From: Desulfobacterales bacterium
Lineage (GTDB): Bacteria; Desulfobacterota; Desulfobacteria; Desulfobacterales; UBA2174
Length of the DNA stretch: 64,000 nt
Assembly (NCBI GenBank): GCA_963668645.2
Contig: CAXXWC010000001.1
Location: 160,001-224,000 of the forward strand
Direction: 5' to 3'
Part shown: one piece after another, positions 19,852-31,262 of the stretch
Numbering within the stretch: position 1 is the stretch's first letter
Layout: every line of letters begins with the position of its first letter
The notes under the pieces: model-generated
The model's database searches: none
The model's input: only the letters and a program-made list of their open reading frames with translations
What the model was told of the DNA's origin: nothing
Made by a program: the position numbers and the translations under genes

Positions 19852-20865
19852 GTGACCGGATTTGACGCCATCCTGGGGCAAGACCGGCCGTTGCGGATCC
19901 TGAGGGCACTTCTGGCCAATGGTGCGGTGCCGCACGCCCTGCTCTTTACCGGAATCGAAGGGATCGGCAAGGCCGCGGCAGCCCGGGCCATGGCCATGGC
20001 CCTCAACTGCCGGCAAAAGCCGCTTGCCGGGTGCGGCCAATGCCGCGATTGCCGGCGCATCGAGGCCGACACCCACCCCGATTTTGTGCGGATCTTGCCG
20101 GCAGGCACCTTTTTCAAAATCGGCCAGGTCCGTGAGTTGCTGGCAACCCTGGCGATGAAGCCCTACGAAGCACGCCATCGGGTGGTGCTGCTGGTCGACG
20201 CCCACAAGATGACCCCTGCGGCGGGCAACGCCCTGCTCAAGGTCCTGGAGGAGCCGCCGCCGCAGACGATCCTGGTGCTCACGGCCCCCCAGGCATCCGA
20301 TCTGCTGCCGACCATCGTCTCGCGATGCCAACATCTGCGTTTTCAGCCGCTGAGCGACGCGCGCATCGTCGAAATGCTGGTCGGTGGCCACGGTCTTGAC
20401 AGCGCGGATGCGGCTGTTCTGGCCGCGCTGGCCGGGGGCAGTCCGGCCAGGGCCCTGGCCCGCCACGAGACAGCGGCCCAATGGCGGAGGCGCCGGGACT
20501 GGCTCGCCGACCAGCTCGACGGGATCCAGCACAAGGGCGCGGCCCTTTGGCTGGCCATGGCGGAGCATCTGGCAAAAGACGGCAAAGGGGTCCACGACAG
20601 TCTCGAATTGGCCAAATCCTGGCTGCGGGACCTGATCGTGGTGCGCCACCGGCCGTCGCTGGGGATTCACCAAGATCGGCTTGAAACACTCAAAAGCCGG
20701 TCCGCCGGCGTGGATGTTCAGTGTCTGGTGCGACAGATCGTACACCTTCAGCAGGCCCAAATGGCCCTGAAGGCCAACGCAGCCGTCCGGCTGACCCTTG
20801 AAACCCTTTTTTTCGCCCTGGCCCGCGAAGCCGGCGCTTCCGCGCCAAAAGCTTCCGGCCCTTGA
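19852..20865 (+). CDS. holB: DNA polymerase III delta' subunit
   Basis: HALLFTGIEGIGK, CGQCRDC zinc module, HPDF, NALLKVLEEPP, TIVSRCQ. Confidence 0.93.
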   Translation: MTGFDAILGQDRPLRILRALLANGAVPHALLFTGIEGIGKAAAARAMAMALNCRQKPLAGCGQCRDCRRIEADTHPDFVRILPAGTFFKIGQVRELLATLAMKPYEARHRVVLLVDAHKMTPAAGNALLKVLEEPPPQTILVLTAPQASDLLPTIVSRCQHLRFQPLSDARIVEMLVGGHGLDSADAAVLAALAGGSPARALARHETAAQWRRRRDWLADQLDGIQHKGAALWLAMAEHLAKDGKGVHDSLELAKSWLRDLIVVRHRPSLGIHQDRLETLKSRSAGVDVQCLVRQIVHLQQAQMALKANAAVRLTLETLFFALAREAGASAPKASGP

Positions 20866-20888
20866 AAAGGGGGGCGGCAGAAAGTTGA

Positions 20889-21722
20889 ATGAAGATGTAC
20901 AGAGTTGTGGGCATTCGATTCAAACCGGCGGGCAAGGTCTACGATTTTGACTGCGGTGCCTTCGTACTGAACATCGGCGATCCGGTGATCGTCGAGACCG
21001 AACGAGGCCTGGGGTTCGGACGGGTGGCGGTGGCGCCGCACAGCGAGGAGGCCCTGCCTGGGGACAAATCCCTCAAGAAGGTCCATCGCATGGCCCGCGA
21101 AGAGGATCTGACCCAGCTCGAAATCAACGCGCGCCTGGAAAAAAGCGCCTACGAGATCTGCCACCGGTATATCCGGCAGCTGAACCTGCCCATGAACCTG
21201 TTCAGCGTCGAGTCCACCTTCGATGCCAACAAGTTGACCTTCTTTTTTACCAGCGAGGGGCGCGTCGATTTCCGCCAACTGGTTAAAATGCTGGTCAAGA
21301 AACTGGGCACCCGCATCGAGATGCGCCAAGTGGGAATCCGCAACCAAGCCAAAATGTGCGGCGGCCTGGGCCGCTGCGGGCGCGAGATCTGCTGCACCGG
21401 CTTCATGGAAAAATTCGGCCCGGTTTCGATCCGTATGGCCAAGGAGCAGGGGCTCTCGCTGAATCCAACCAAGATTTCCGGCCTCTGCGGGCGCCTGATG
21501 TGCTGCCTGACCTTCGAATTCGAAACCTACCGCGACCTGAAGCAGGGGATGCCGAAAATCGGCAAGACTGTCACCACTGCCCAGGGCAAAGGCAAGGTCG
21601 TGCGCCACAACACCCTCAAACGCCGTCTGGCGGTGCGCCTCAGCGAAGGTCCCGAAATCGAAATCGAACCCGAAGAGCTGATCACCGAAAAAGTCGCGAC
21701 GGAAAAGGATGCACCCCGATGA
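20889..21722 (+). CDS. ricT: PSP1-domain protein RicT/YaaT
   Basis: GRVDFRQLVK, RIEMRQVG, GGLGRCGREICC, SLNPTKISGLCGRLMCCL. Confidence 0.92.
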   Translation: MKMYRVVGIRFKPAGKVYDFDCGAFVLNIGDPVIVETERGLGFGRVAVAPHSEEALPGDKSLKKVHRMAREEDLTQLEINARLEKSAYEICHRYIRQLNLPMNLFSVESTFDANKLTFFFTSEGRVDFRQLVKMLVKKLGTRIEMRQVGIRNQAKMCGGLGRCGREICCTGFMEKFGPVSIRMAKEQGLSLNPTKISGLCGRLMCCLTFEFETYRDLKQGMPKIGKTVTTAQGKGKVVRHNTLKRRLAVRLSEGPEIEIEPEELITEKVATEKDAPR

Positions 21723-23641
21723 AAACACCGTTTTATATAACCACCCCCATCTATTACGTTAATGCACAACCGCATCTGGGCCATGCGTATACGACCATCA
21801 TCGCCGATGTTGCCCGTCGTTTTCATGAAATGTGCGACCAGCCGACCTTCTTTCTCACCGGCACCGACGAGCATGGCGACAAGATCGTGCGCGCCGCGCG
21901 CCGCGAAAAGATGAGCCCGCGGGCCTACGCCGATAAAGTCAGTGCCCAGTTTCAGGCCCTCTGGCCCAAGTTGAACATCGACTTGAGCCGTTTTATCCGC
22001 ACCACCGATCCGGGCCACCAGCTCGTGGTGAAGCAAATTCTGCAAAAAATCTATGATTCCGGAGACATCTACTTCGCCGAATACGAAGGGCTTTACTGCT
22101 TCGGCTGCGAGCGCTTTTACAACGAACGCGAACTGGTCGACGGCCTCTGCCCGGATCATCAGACCGCTCCCGAGTTGATCCGCGAAGCCAACTACTTCTT
22201 TCGCATGAGCCGCTACCAGCAGTGGCTCATCGACCACATCACGGCCCATCCGGATTTCATCCGCCCCGAGCGCTACCGCAACGAGGTGCTCGCCTTTTTG
22301 CGCGAACCGCTCGAAGACCTTTGCATCTCCAGGCCCAAGAGCCGGCTCCAATGGGGCATCAGCCTGCCCTTCGACGACCGTTATGTAACCTACGTCTGGT
22401 TCGATGCCCTGATCAACTACGTCAGCGCTCTGGGCTATCCCGACGGGGAGGACTTCGCCACCTTCTGGCCCCAGGTCCAGCACATCGTGGCCAAGGACAT
22501 TCTCAAACCCCACGGTATCTACTGGCCGATCATGCTCAAGGCGGCCGGAATTCCGGTTTACCAGCATCTCAACGTCCATGGATACTGGAACATCGATCAG
22601 AGCAAGATGAGCAAAAGCCTGGGCAACGTGGTCGACCCGCTGCATCTCAAAGACATTTACGGCCTGGACCCGTTCCGGTATTTCCTGCTGCGGGAGATGA
22701 ATTTCGGCCTGGACTCGAGTTTTTCCGAAGAGCAGCTCGTGGCGAGGATCAACGCAGATCTGGCCAACGACCTGGGCAACCTCTTTTCCCGGGTCACCGC
22801 CATGGCCCACAAGTATCACGGCGGGCGCATTCCGGCGCCGGATCCCGCGGTTGAAGCCGACCTCAAACTTTCATTGCAGGCCGAAGCCTGGAAGACCATC
22901 GAGGCCTACACCGCGGCCATGCACGAATTCGCCTTCCACCGGGCCGTTCAGATGGTGTGGGATTTTATCAGCCAGATGAACAAGTACATCGACGTCACCC
23001 AGCCGTGGGTCCTGGCCAAGGACAAACGCGCCAGGCCCCAACTGGACGCGGCCATCTACAACCTGCTCGAAGGGCTGCGGGTCGTTTCCGGTTTGATCTA
23101 TCCGGTCATGCCCGACACCGCCGCCAGCATGCAACGTCATCTGGGGCTGGATCCGGCCGAACGGTTTTACGACCTCGAGGGGCTGAAGGCCTGGCGCGGA
23201 TTGCCGCCCGGCAGTGTACTGCCCAAGACCGTGGCCCTCTTTCCGCGCATCGACTGGCCCCCCAAGCCGACGGCGACCGCTGCGGCGGCGGACACGCCGC
23301 TTGCTGCCCCGGCCTTCAAACCGCAGATTTCCTATGAAGATTTCAGCCTGCTCGATCTGCGAGTGGCGACGGTGCTCAAGGCCGAAGCCGTGCCCAAGGC
23401 TAAAAAGCTTCTCAAGCTGGAAATCGACGTCGGCGAAAGGCGCACCATCGTGGCCGGCATCGCCGGCAGCTACGCCCCCGAGGACCTGATCGGGGCCCAG
23501 ATCGTGGTCGTGGCCAACCTGAAACCGGCCAAACTGATGGGGGTTCTTAGCGAAGGGATGCTGCTGGCGGCAACCGGAGAGGAGGTCACGGCCCTGGCCA
23601 CGGTGACCCGTCCGATGCCCCCGGGCACGCCCCTGCGCTAA
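21719..23641 (+). CDS. metG: Methionyl-tRNA synthetase with C-terminal tRNA-binding OB domain
   Basis: FYITTPIYYVN, HLGH, YVWFDAL, KMSKS; ATG 21719 overlaps ricT stop (ATGA). Confidence 0.97.
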   Translation: MKTPFYITTPIYYVNAQPHLGHAYTTIIADVARRFHEMCDQPTFFLTGTDEHGDKIVRAARREKMSPRAYADKVSAQFQALWPKLNIDLSRFIRTTDPGHQLVVKQILQKIYDSGDIYFAEYEGLYCFGCERFYNERELVDGLCPDHQTAPELIREANYFFRMSRYQQWLIDHITAHPDFIRPERYRNEVLAFLREPLEDLCISRPKSRLQWGISLPFDDRYVTYVWFDALINYVSALGYPDGEDFATFWPQVQHIVAKDILKPHGIYWPIMLKAAGIPVYQHLNVHGYWNIDQSKMSKSLGNVVDPLHLKDIYGLDPFRYFLLREMNFGLDSSFSEEQLVARINADLANDLGNLFSRVTAMAHKYHGGRIPAPDPAVEADLKLSLQAEAWKTIEAYTAAMHEFAFHRAVQMVWDFISQMNKYIDVTQPWVLAKDKRARPQLDAAIYNLLEGLRVVSGLIYPVMPDTAASMQRHLGLDPAERFYDLEGLKAWRGLPPGSVLPKTVALFPRIDWPPKPTATAAAADTPLAAPAFKPQISYEDFSLLDLRVATVLKAEAVPKAKKLLKLEIDVGERRTIVAGIAGSYAPEDLIGAQIVVVANLKPAKLMGVLSEGMLLAATGEEVTALATVTRPMPPGTPLR

Positions 23642-23684
23642 ACAGACCGATGTCATTCAAAAAGCGCAAGAACGAACTGGATCG

Positions 23685-25062
23685 ATGCTAAATCGTAAAC
23701 CGCCGCCTCTCGGATCCGGATCGCAACCGCCAGCCTGCGATTGGCGTGAATATCAGCGCCTGCTCCAACGCGACACCCGCCGGGGCCGGAGTCGGCGCCG
23801 CTGGACGGGGCTGATCCTGCTCATTGCAGCCGGTATGCTGATCGGCATCTGGCTCGCCGTTTCTCCCACATCGCGGCAAGGCTCGGATGCGACGGCCAGC
23901 ATCGCGCCGTCCACCAAGGCGCCGGTGCCGATCTTGGACCGGCAGCGGCTGCAGGCCCTGATCCAGCCGAAAGATCTGATCAACCGCACCTCATCGCGTT
24001 TCGCAGTCAAGGAGGCCCCACCGTTCCCTGACGGTGGAGACCACCTTGGACGTTTCGCTGCAGCAAAAGCTGATCGACACCCTGAACACCGCCCACGCCC
24101 GCTCCATCGGCATCGTGGCCCTTTCGCCATCCAGCGGCCGGGTCCTGGCCATGGTGGGCTACGACCGGGAAGATCCAAGCGCCAATCCTTGCCTGGAAAG
24201 CCGGTACCCGGCGGCCAGCGTGTTCAAGATCGTCACGGCGGCCGCAGCCATCGAAAAGTGCAGCTTGGACACGGACAGCACCCTGACCTTCAACGGCAAC
24301 CAGTACACCCTTTACCGCAGCCAGCTCAAGGAACAGGTCACCCGCTATACCAACCGCATCCGGTTGCACGACGCCTTTGCCAAATCGGTGAACCCGGTAT
24401 TCGGCAAGCTGGGTGCCTTGAAGCTGGGACGCGAAAACCTGAAAACCTATGCCGAGGCTTTCGGCTTCAATCGATCCTTCGATTTCGAGGCCAAGTTCTC
24501 CCCCAGCCATTTTCAGGTCAACGACGACCCTTATCGTCTGGCGGAACTCGCCTCTGGCTTCAACCGTGAAACCACCCTTTCTCCCCTGCACGGGGCGTTG
24601 ATGGCCGCCGCGGCGGTCAACGCCGGAAACATTTTCACCCCACAGGTGGTCGAACGCATTGTCGATGGGAACGGGAAGGTGGTCTACCGCGGCGAACCGG
24701 ATCTGTTCACCCGGGCCATGACCGCCGCGACCGCGGCCCAGATCGCCGCCATGATGGAGACCAGCGTCACCAGCGGTACCTGCCGCAAACCGTTTCGCGG
24801 TCTGAGCCGCCATCCGGTGCTAAGCCGGCTGGTGATCGGCGGCAAGTCCGGCTCCATCGACAACCGGGAGCATTCGGCACGCATCGACTGGTTCGTCGGG
24901 TTCGCCGCCGAGCGCGAGGGGAGCCAGGCCATCGCCGTGGCGGCCGTGGTGGCGCACGAAAAGTATATCGGCACCCGGGCCGGAGAATACGCCCGCCAGC
25001 TGATGGCGGATTATTTCGGCCAGATCTTCGCCGCCCGCCGATCAGCCGGCCCCAAAGGATGA
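23685..25062 (+). pseudogene. Penicillin-binding transpeptidase, split by a +1 frameshift near 24016-24019 (real or assembly error)
   Basis: Frame 1 has a TM anchor; frame 2 has SVFK (SxxK), SVN (SxN), KSG; removing one C from CCCC joins them into 458 aa. Confidence 0.8.
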
Positions 25063-25179
25063 GCCAATGCCCCCGGCCGCTCGATTTTGCAATGCATTCG
25101 AACGGTCTTGGTGGTAATAAAATAGGCGATATTTTTATGATAACCGCAGATACGAAGCATCGAATAAAGGAGAAAAACC

Positions 25180-26370
25180 GTGCCCGGATTTGAAATCTTC
25201 GGTGAAGAGGAGCGCCGTGAAGTCCAGGACGTGCTGGCCACAGGCGTCCTTTTTCGTTACGGATTCGACGCCGCGCGTCAAAACCACTGGAAAGCAAAGA
25301 GCTTCGAGACCGAATTTGCCCGCCGCCTCGGTGCGGCCCACTGCCATCTTTGCAGCAGCGGCACGGCGGCCCTGAGCACCGCCCTGGCCGCCTGCGGCAT
25401 CGGCTGCGGCGACGAAGTGGTGGTGCCCCCGTTTACCTTTGTGGCCACGGTGGAGGCGATCCTGCAGGCCGGTGCGGTGCCGGTCTTCGCCGAAATCGAC
25501 GATACCCTGTGCCTTGATCCGGCCGGGGTGGCCGCCGTTGTCGGAGATCGCACCCGGGCGGTGATGCCGGTACACATGTGCGGCAGCATGGCGCGCATCG
25601 ACGAGCTGGCCGACCTGTGCCGCCGAAACGGTCTGATCCTGATCGAAGACGCCTGCCAGGCGGTGGGCGGCACCTTTCAGGGCCGGTCCCTGGGCACCTT
25701 CGGCAAGGTGGGCTGTTTTTCTTTCGACTCGGTCAAGACCATCACCTGCGGTGAAGGCGGCGCCGTGGTCACCGACGATGCCGATACCTACGGTCGCGCC
25801 CACCAGTTCGCCGATCACGGCCACGATCATATCGGCGGCGACCGGGGGGCCGAGAACCACCCCATCATGGGCCTCAATTTTCGCATCAGCGAACTGAACG
25901 CCGCCGTGGGGCTGGCCCAGCTGGGCAAGCTGGACGGGATCCTGGCGCGCCAGCGCCGGGCCCAAAAAGTGCTTCAGGACGCCCTGGAAGGCTGCCCGGC
26001 GATCCAGTGGCGGCGGGTCCCGGATCCGCAGGGCGATACGGCTACCTTTTTGAACTTTCTGCTTCCCGACGAGGAGCGAACCCGCCAGGCGGCCCGCGAC
26101 CTGGGGGCAGCCGGGGTGGACGGATGTTTTTACTGGTATGACAACAATTGGCATTATCTGCGCCGCTGGGACCACATCCGGGAACTGAAAACCGCGGCCC
26201 GCAGCTGCCAGGCCGCCATGGGCACCTGCCCGGATTACAGGCAGATCAACCTGCCCCAATCCGACCGGATCGTGGCGCGCACCATTTCCATGCAGATCAA
26301 ACTCGGCTGGACCGACGACCAGATCGCCCAACGGGCCGAAATGATGGCCGCCGTGCTCCGGAAAATCTGA
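25180..26370 (+). CDS. kdnA: KdnA-like 8-amino-Kdo transaminase (DegT/DnrJ family)
   Basis: MPGFEIFGEEE start, SFDSVKTITCGEGG, DHGHDHIGGDRGAENHPIMGLNFRISE, GCFYWYDNNWHY, as recalled for Shewanella KdnA; paired with kdnB. Confidence 0.88.
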   Translation: MPGFEIFGEEERREVQDVLATGVLFRYGFDAARQNHWKAKSFETEFARRLGAAHCHLCSSGTAALSTALAACGIGCGDEVVVPPFTFVATVEAILQAGAVPVFAEIDDTLCLDPAGVAAVVGDRTRAVMPVHMCGSMARIDELADLCRRNGLILIEDACQAVGGTFQGRSLGTFGKVGCFSFDSVKTITCGEGGAVVTDDADTYGRAHQFADHGHDHIGGDRGAENHPIMGLNFRISELNAAVGLAQLGKLDGILARQRRAQKVLQDALEGCPAIQWRRVPDPQGDTATFLNFLLPDEERTRQAARDLGAAGVDGCFYWYDNNWHYLRRWDHIRELKTAARSCQAAMGTCPDYRQINLPQSDRIVARTISMQIKLGWTDDQIAQRAEMMAAVLRKI

Positions 26371-26386
26371 ATCTTTATAGAGGTGA

Positions 26387-27457
<1,071 letters not shown>

Positions 27458-27475
27458 CTTTGGAGGACTGCCAGC

Positions 27476-30400
27476 ATGTTTTGCACACGCATCCCCAGCC
27501 GCTTGGGCCGGACCCTGAAAAGATGGCTCTGCATGCCGGTCTACGCCGGCCGCTGCCCGGGAAGGATCGCAGGACCGGGCTTGATCTTCTTTCCCGTTGA
27601 GATAAATCGCATCTGCTGCGGCCTGGCGGGAATCGTGGCCTTCAAGGCGGGAACGGCGGACTCTGGGGTGTTGGATCTGGCCTCCCTGGAACAGGCCGCC
27701 GCGCATGCCGGCGCCGCGCGCTTGGCCACCAGTGAGAATCCACTGCACAAGGGCCATCTCGGATACCTCGGTGCGGATGCCGGCATCGAGGCCCTGCGCC
27801 GCGCCATCAATGGGCTCAAGCGCAGCGGTGCGTTTTATCGCATTTTGACCGAACCCGCCGTCCGGTCACGCCTTGAAACACTCAGGGACCGCCTCGACCG
27901 TTGGGCCCGGGAAGAAGATCAGTCCCTGAGCCGCCTGGCCGGAACGATGGCGGCCGATGCGGTAGATGGTATCACCCAAAGCCTGGAGCAGCTCAAGGAC
28001 GCCGCCTGGAGCCTCGATCGGGAGATTCTGGCGGGAGTCGGGCAGATCTTGAGGCTGATTCCTGAAGACGCCGAATTGCCGGGTGCGGAAACCGCCGGCT
28101 TGTACCAGCATCTGAACACCGTGCTGAACAGCCTGGACCGGCTGGAGGTCCGCGGCCGGGATTCGGCCGGGATCTCGCTGCTTTTCGAGTTCGATACGGC
28201 GGTCTACCAGGACTTTTGCCGCACCCTAACAGCCGAACGGCTCGACGAGGTCCTGGAACGGCGCCATTGTCCGGATCTGCTGCTCAGCGGCGCCATCAGC
28301 CTCAACCCGCAAAGCGGTGCAACCGATGACGCCCGTGTCGCCTTGGCCCTCACCTACAAGGTGGCAGCCGAAATCGGCAGCCTGGGCGACAATGTGGCTG
28401 ACCTGCGCCGCCAGATCCATGACGATGCGCTCTTGCACCGCCTCATCGCCCTGCCCTGCCGCCACGTGTCCATTTCGGCCCATACCCGCTGGGCTTCGGT
28501 GGGCGCCATCACCGAAGCCAACTGCCATCCGATGGACAACGGCACCGCCGGCCGGCCCGCCGGCCCCGGCGGCATCGTGCACGCCTGCCTCAATGGCGAC
28601 ATCGACAACTACCTCGCACTGCGCCAGGACTACGAGAAACGCTACGGGTCGATCCCGCCGGCGATCTCCTCCGACACCAAGATCATTCCGCTCCAGATCA
28701 GCCACTACCTCAACCAGGGGCTGGCTCTCGAAGAGGCCTTTCGCCGGGCGGTTTGCGACTTCGAAGGCTCGCACGCCATCGCCATGCACAGCGACCTGGC
28801 CCCCGGCCGCCTCTTTCTGGCCCAGCGGGGCAGCGGTCAGGCCATCTTCGTGGGCCTGGCCCCGGAACTCTACCTGGCCACCTCCGAAGTCTACGGCCTG
28901 GTGGAAGTCACCGATCGTTACATCAAACTCAAGGGCGAAAACCAGGATCAGACAGGCGGCGGGACAAGCTCCTGCCAGGGCCAGATCTTCATCCTCTCGT
29001 CGGATACGACCGGTGGCCTGGCCGGAATCCGCGCCATGGACTACGAGGGACGGCCCATCCCCCTCACCGAAGCCGACATCAAAAAAACCCCCATCACCAC
29101 CCGCGACGTGGACCGCCAGGGGTTTGCCCATTACTTTCTCAAGGAAATCCACGAAGCGCCGGCCTCGGTGGCCCAGACCCTCCACAACCGCTGGAAGATC
29201 CATCCCCGGCGGCCCGACTGCTACACCGTGGCCCTCGACGCCCAGACCTTTCCGGCCGCCGTCAGCCATGCCCTGACCGAAAAGCGCATCCGGCGCATCT
29301 TCTTCGTCGGCCAGGGCACGGCCGGTATCGCGGCCCAGGCCTGCGCGGACATTCTCAAACATCATCTCGATGATCCGGCCCTGGCGGTGGCGGCCATGAA
29401 GGCCTCGGAACTGAGCGGTTTTCATCTCGGATCGGACCGGGAGCCGGAAAGTCTTTGCGACACGCTGATCGTCGCCATCAGCCAGAGCGGGACTACCACC
29501 GACACCAATCGGGCGGTGGACATGGCCCGCGCCCGGGGCGCCATGACCCTGGCCATCGTCAACCGCCGCGAATCGGACCTGACCTTCAAGGTCGACGGGG
29601 TTTTTTATACCTCCAGCGGACGGGATATCGAGATGTCCGTGGCTTCGACCAAGGCCTTCTACGCCCAGATCGTGGCCGGAAGCCTGCTGGCCTTGCAGAT
29701 CGCAGCCGTACTGGGGCGCAGGGACGAAGGTTATCTGACCCGTGAAATCAATCTGCTTTTAGGTCTCCCGGACAAGATGCACGCCATCCTGGGCATGCAG
29801 GCACAGTTCGCCGCATCCGCGCGGCGCCTGGCGGCGGCCAAGACCTACTGGGCCGTGGTGGGCAGCGGCCCGAACAAGGCCTCGGCCGACGAAATCCGCA
29901 TCAAACTGAGCGAGCTGTGCTACAAGACGATCTCCTCGGACTTCGTGGAGGATAAAAAACACATCGATCTTTCCAGCGAGCCGCTGATCATCGTCTGCGC
30001 CGCCGGCACCCGGCCCGGGGTGCTGGGAGATATCGTCAAGGACACGGCGATTTTCAACGCCCACAAGGCGACTCCGGTGGTCTTCTGCGACGAGAGCGAA
30101 TACCGCTTCGATCCTTACGCCGCCGATGTCTTCCGCCTCCCCTCGCTGCCGGAGCACCTGGCGCCCATCGCCAACACCCTGGCGGGCCATCTGTGGGGCT
30201 ACGGCGCGGCCCTGGCCATCAACGAGGGATCACACTTTTTGTACACGTTCAGCCAGGACGTGGCCCGCATCGTGGACCGCTGCAGCCGGCAGGGGATGGA
30301 TGTCTACGAAATCGTCCTGGAAAAAAACTTTCGCGAAAAGATCGCCGCCTTTTACCGGGAATTTCGCAGCCGGGGCAAAAAAGCGGTCCTGCCCCGGACC

Positions 30401-31213
30401 ATGGCCGGGGCCCCGGACCTGACCCTGCTGCTCAAATACCTGGCCGGCCGCCTGCCCGTGCCGGATTTTGAGATCGATTTCGAAGTCAAAGGCACGGCGC
30501 GCAACATGCTCGACGCCCTGTTCTCCCAACTGGCAGAGGCCATCAATCTCATGGCCCGCCCGGTGGACGCCATCAAACACCAGGCCAAGACGGTCACGGT
30601 GGGCACCAGCCGGCTCCCGGAGCGTGTGGACGGCCTGCTCTTCGAGGCCCTGGCGGCCCACCGGCTGGACGTCTCGCGCCTGACCAACCGCAACATCCTG
30701 GTAATCCGCAACATCCAGCCGATCATCGAACACATCGAGGGCGCGATCCTCTATCGCCTGCAGGATTTGAACCTTCTGGGTGAACCGACCGAATCCACCA
30801 CCATCGAGGTAGTCGCCAAACAGGGCATTCTCGCAAAAATTCCTTCCCGCGTGGAAACCGATTCGAGCCTCAAGGGGACCAAACGCATCATCGCCCGCGA
30901 GGGCAACGTCTACATCGGCAAGGGGCGCAAGGACGACCGGAACATCATCGTCATTCCGGTACTGAGCGGCTCTGTGGAAAACCCCCAGGCCATCGAACAC
31001 CTGCTGCTGCTCAACATCGCTTTTCGCGGCGAGGTGGCCCGTGAGGACAAAGCCAAGGCTCTGGGCGGCAAGCTGGAACGGCTCAAAAACATCGTGCAGG
31101 AGACCAGCATCTCGTGGCGGGACGAATTTCTCGACCGGGTACCCATCGAGGAGCTCTTCGGCCTCTCGGCGGAAAAGATCGCCGAAATGATCGCGGCCGG
31201 TGAGACGGGGTAA
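27476..31213 (+). CDS. glmS: Extended GlmS-like glutamine amidotransferase/SIS protein (1245 aa)
   Basis: CGLAGIV, LEVRGRDSAG, HTRWAS, NCHP, NGDIDN, ISQSGTT.DT, SVASTKAF, KLSE, DKKH, AKTVTV; GGAGG RBS. Confidence 0.8.
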   Translation: MFCTRIPSRLGRTLKRWLCMPVYAGRCPGRIAGPGLIFFPVEINRICCGLAGIVAFKAGTADSGVLDLASLEQAAAHAGAARLATSENPLHKGHLGYLGADAGIEALRRAINGLKRSGAFYRILTEPAVRSRLETLRDRLDRWAREEDQSLSRLAGTMAADAVDGITQSLEQLKDAAWSLDREILAGVGQILRLIPEDAELPGAETAGLYQHLNTVLNSLDRLEVRGRDSAGISLLFEFDTAVYQDFCRTLTAERLDEVLERRHCPDLLLSGAISLNPQSGATDDARVALALTYKVAAEIGSLGDNVADLRRQIHDDALLHRLIALPCRHVSISAHTRWASVGAITEANCHPMDNGTAGRPAGPGGIVHACLNGDIDNYLALRQDYEKRYGSIPPAISSDTKIIPLQISHYLNQGLALEEAFRRAVCDFEGSHAIAMHSDLAPGRLFLAQRGSGQAIFVGLAPELYLATSEVYGLVEVTDRYIKLKGENQDQTGGGTSSCQGQIFILSSDTTGGLAGIRAMDYEGRPIPLTEADIKKTPITTRDVDRQGFAHYFLKEIHEAPASVAQTLHNRWKIHPRRPDCYTVALDAQTFPAAVSHALTEKRIRRIFFVGQGTAGIAAQACADILKHHLDDPALAVAAMKASELSGFHLGSDREPESLCDTLIVAISQSGTTTDTNRAVDMARARGAMTLAIVNRRESDLTFKVDGVFYTSSGRDIEMSVASTKAFYAQIVAGSLLALQIAAVLGRRDEGYLTREINLLLGLPDKMHAILGMQAQFAASARRLAAAKTYWAVVGSGPNKASADEIRIKLSELCYKTISSDFVEDKKHIDLSSEPLIIVCAAGTRPGVLGDIVKDTAIFNAHKATPVVFCDESEYRFDPYAADVFRLPSLPEHLAPIANTLAGHLWGYGAALAINEGSHFLYTFSQDVARIVDRCSRQGMDVYEIVLEKNFREKIAAFYREFRSRGKKAVLPRTMAGAPDLTLLLKYLAGRLPVPDFEIDFEVKGTARNMLDALFSQLAEAINLMARPVDAIKHQAKTVTVGTSRLPERVDGLLFEALAAHRLDVSRLTNRNILVIRNIQPIIEHIEGAILYRLQDLNLLGEPTESTTIEVVAKQGILAKIPSRVETDSSLKGTKRIIAREGNVYIGKGRKDDRNIIVIPVLSGSVENPQAIEHLLLLNIAFRGEVAREDKAKALGGKLERLKNIVQETSISWRDEFLDRVPIEELFGLSAEKIAEMIAAGETG

Positions 31214-31262
31214 AAAGGGAGGCAACCCCGACTATCAACAATACACTTCCGGCACCCTCGAC

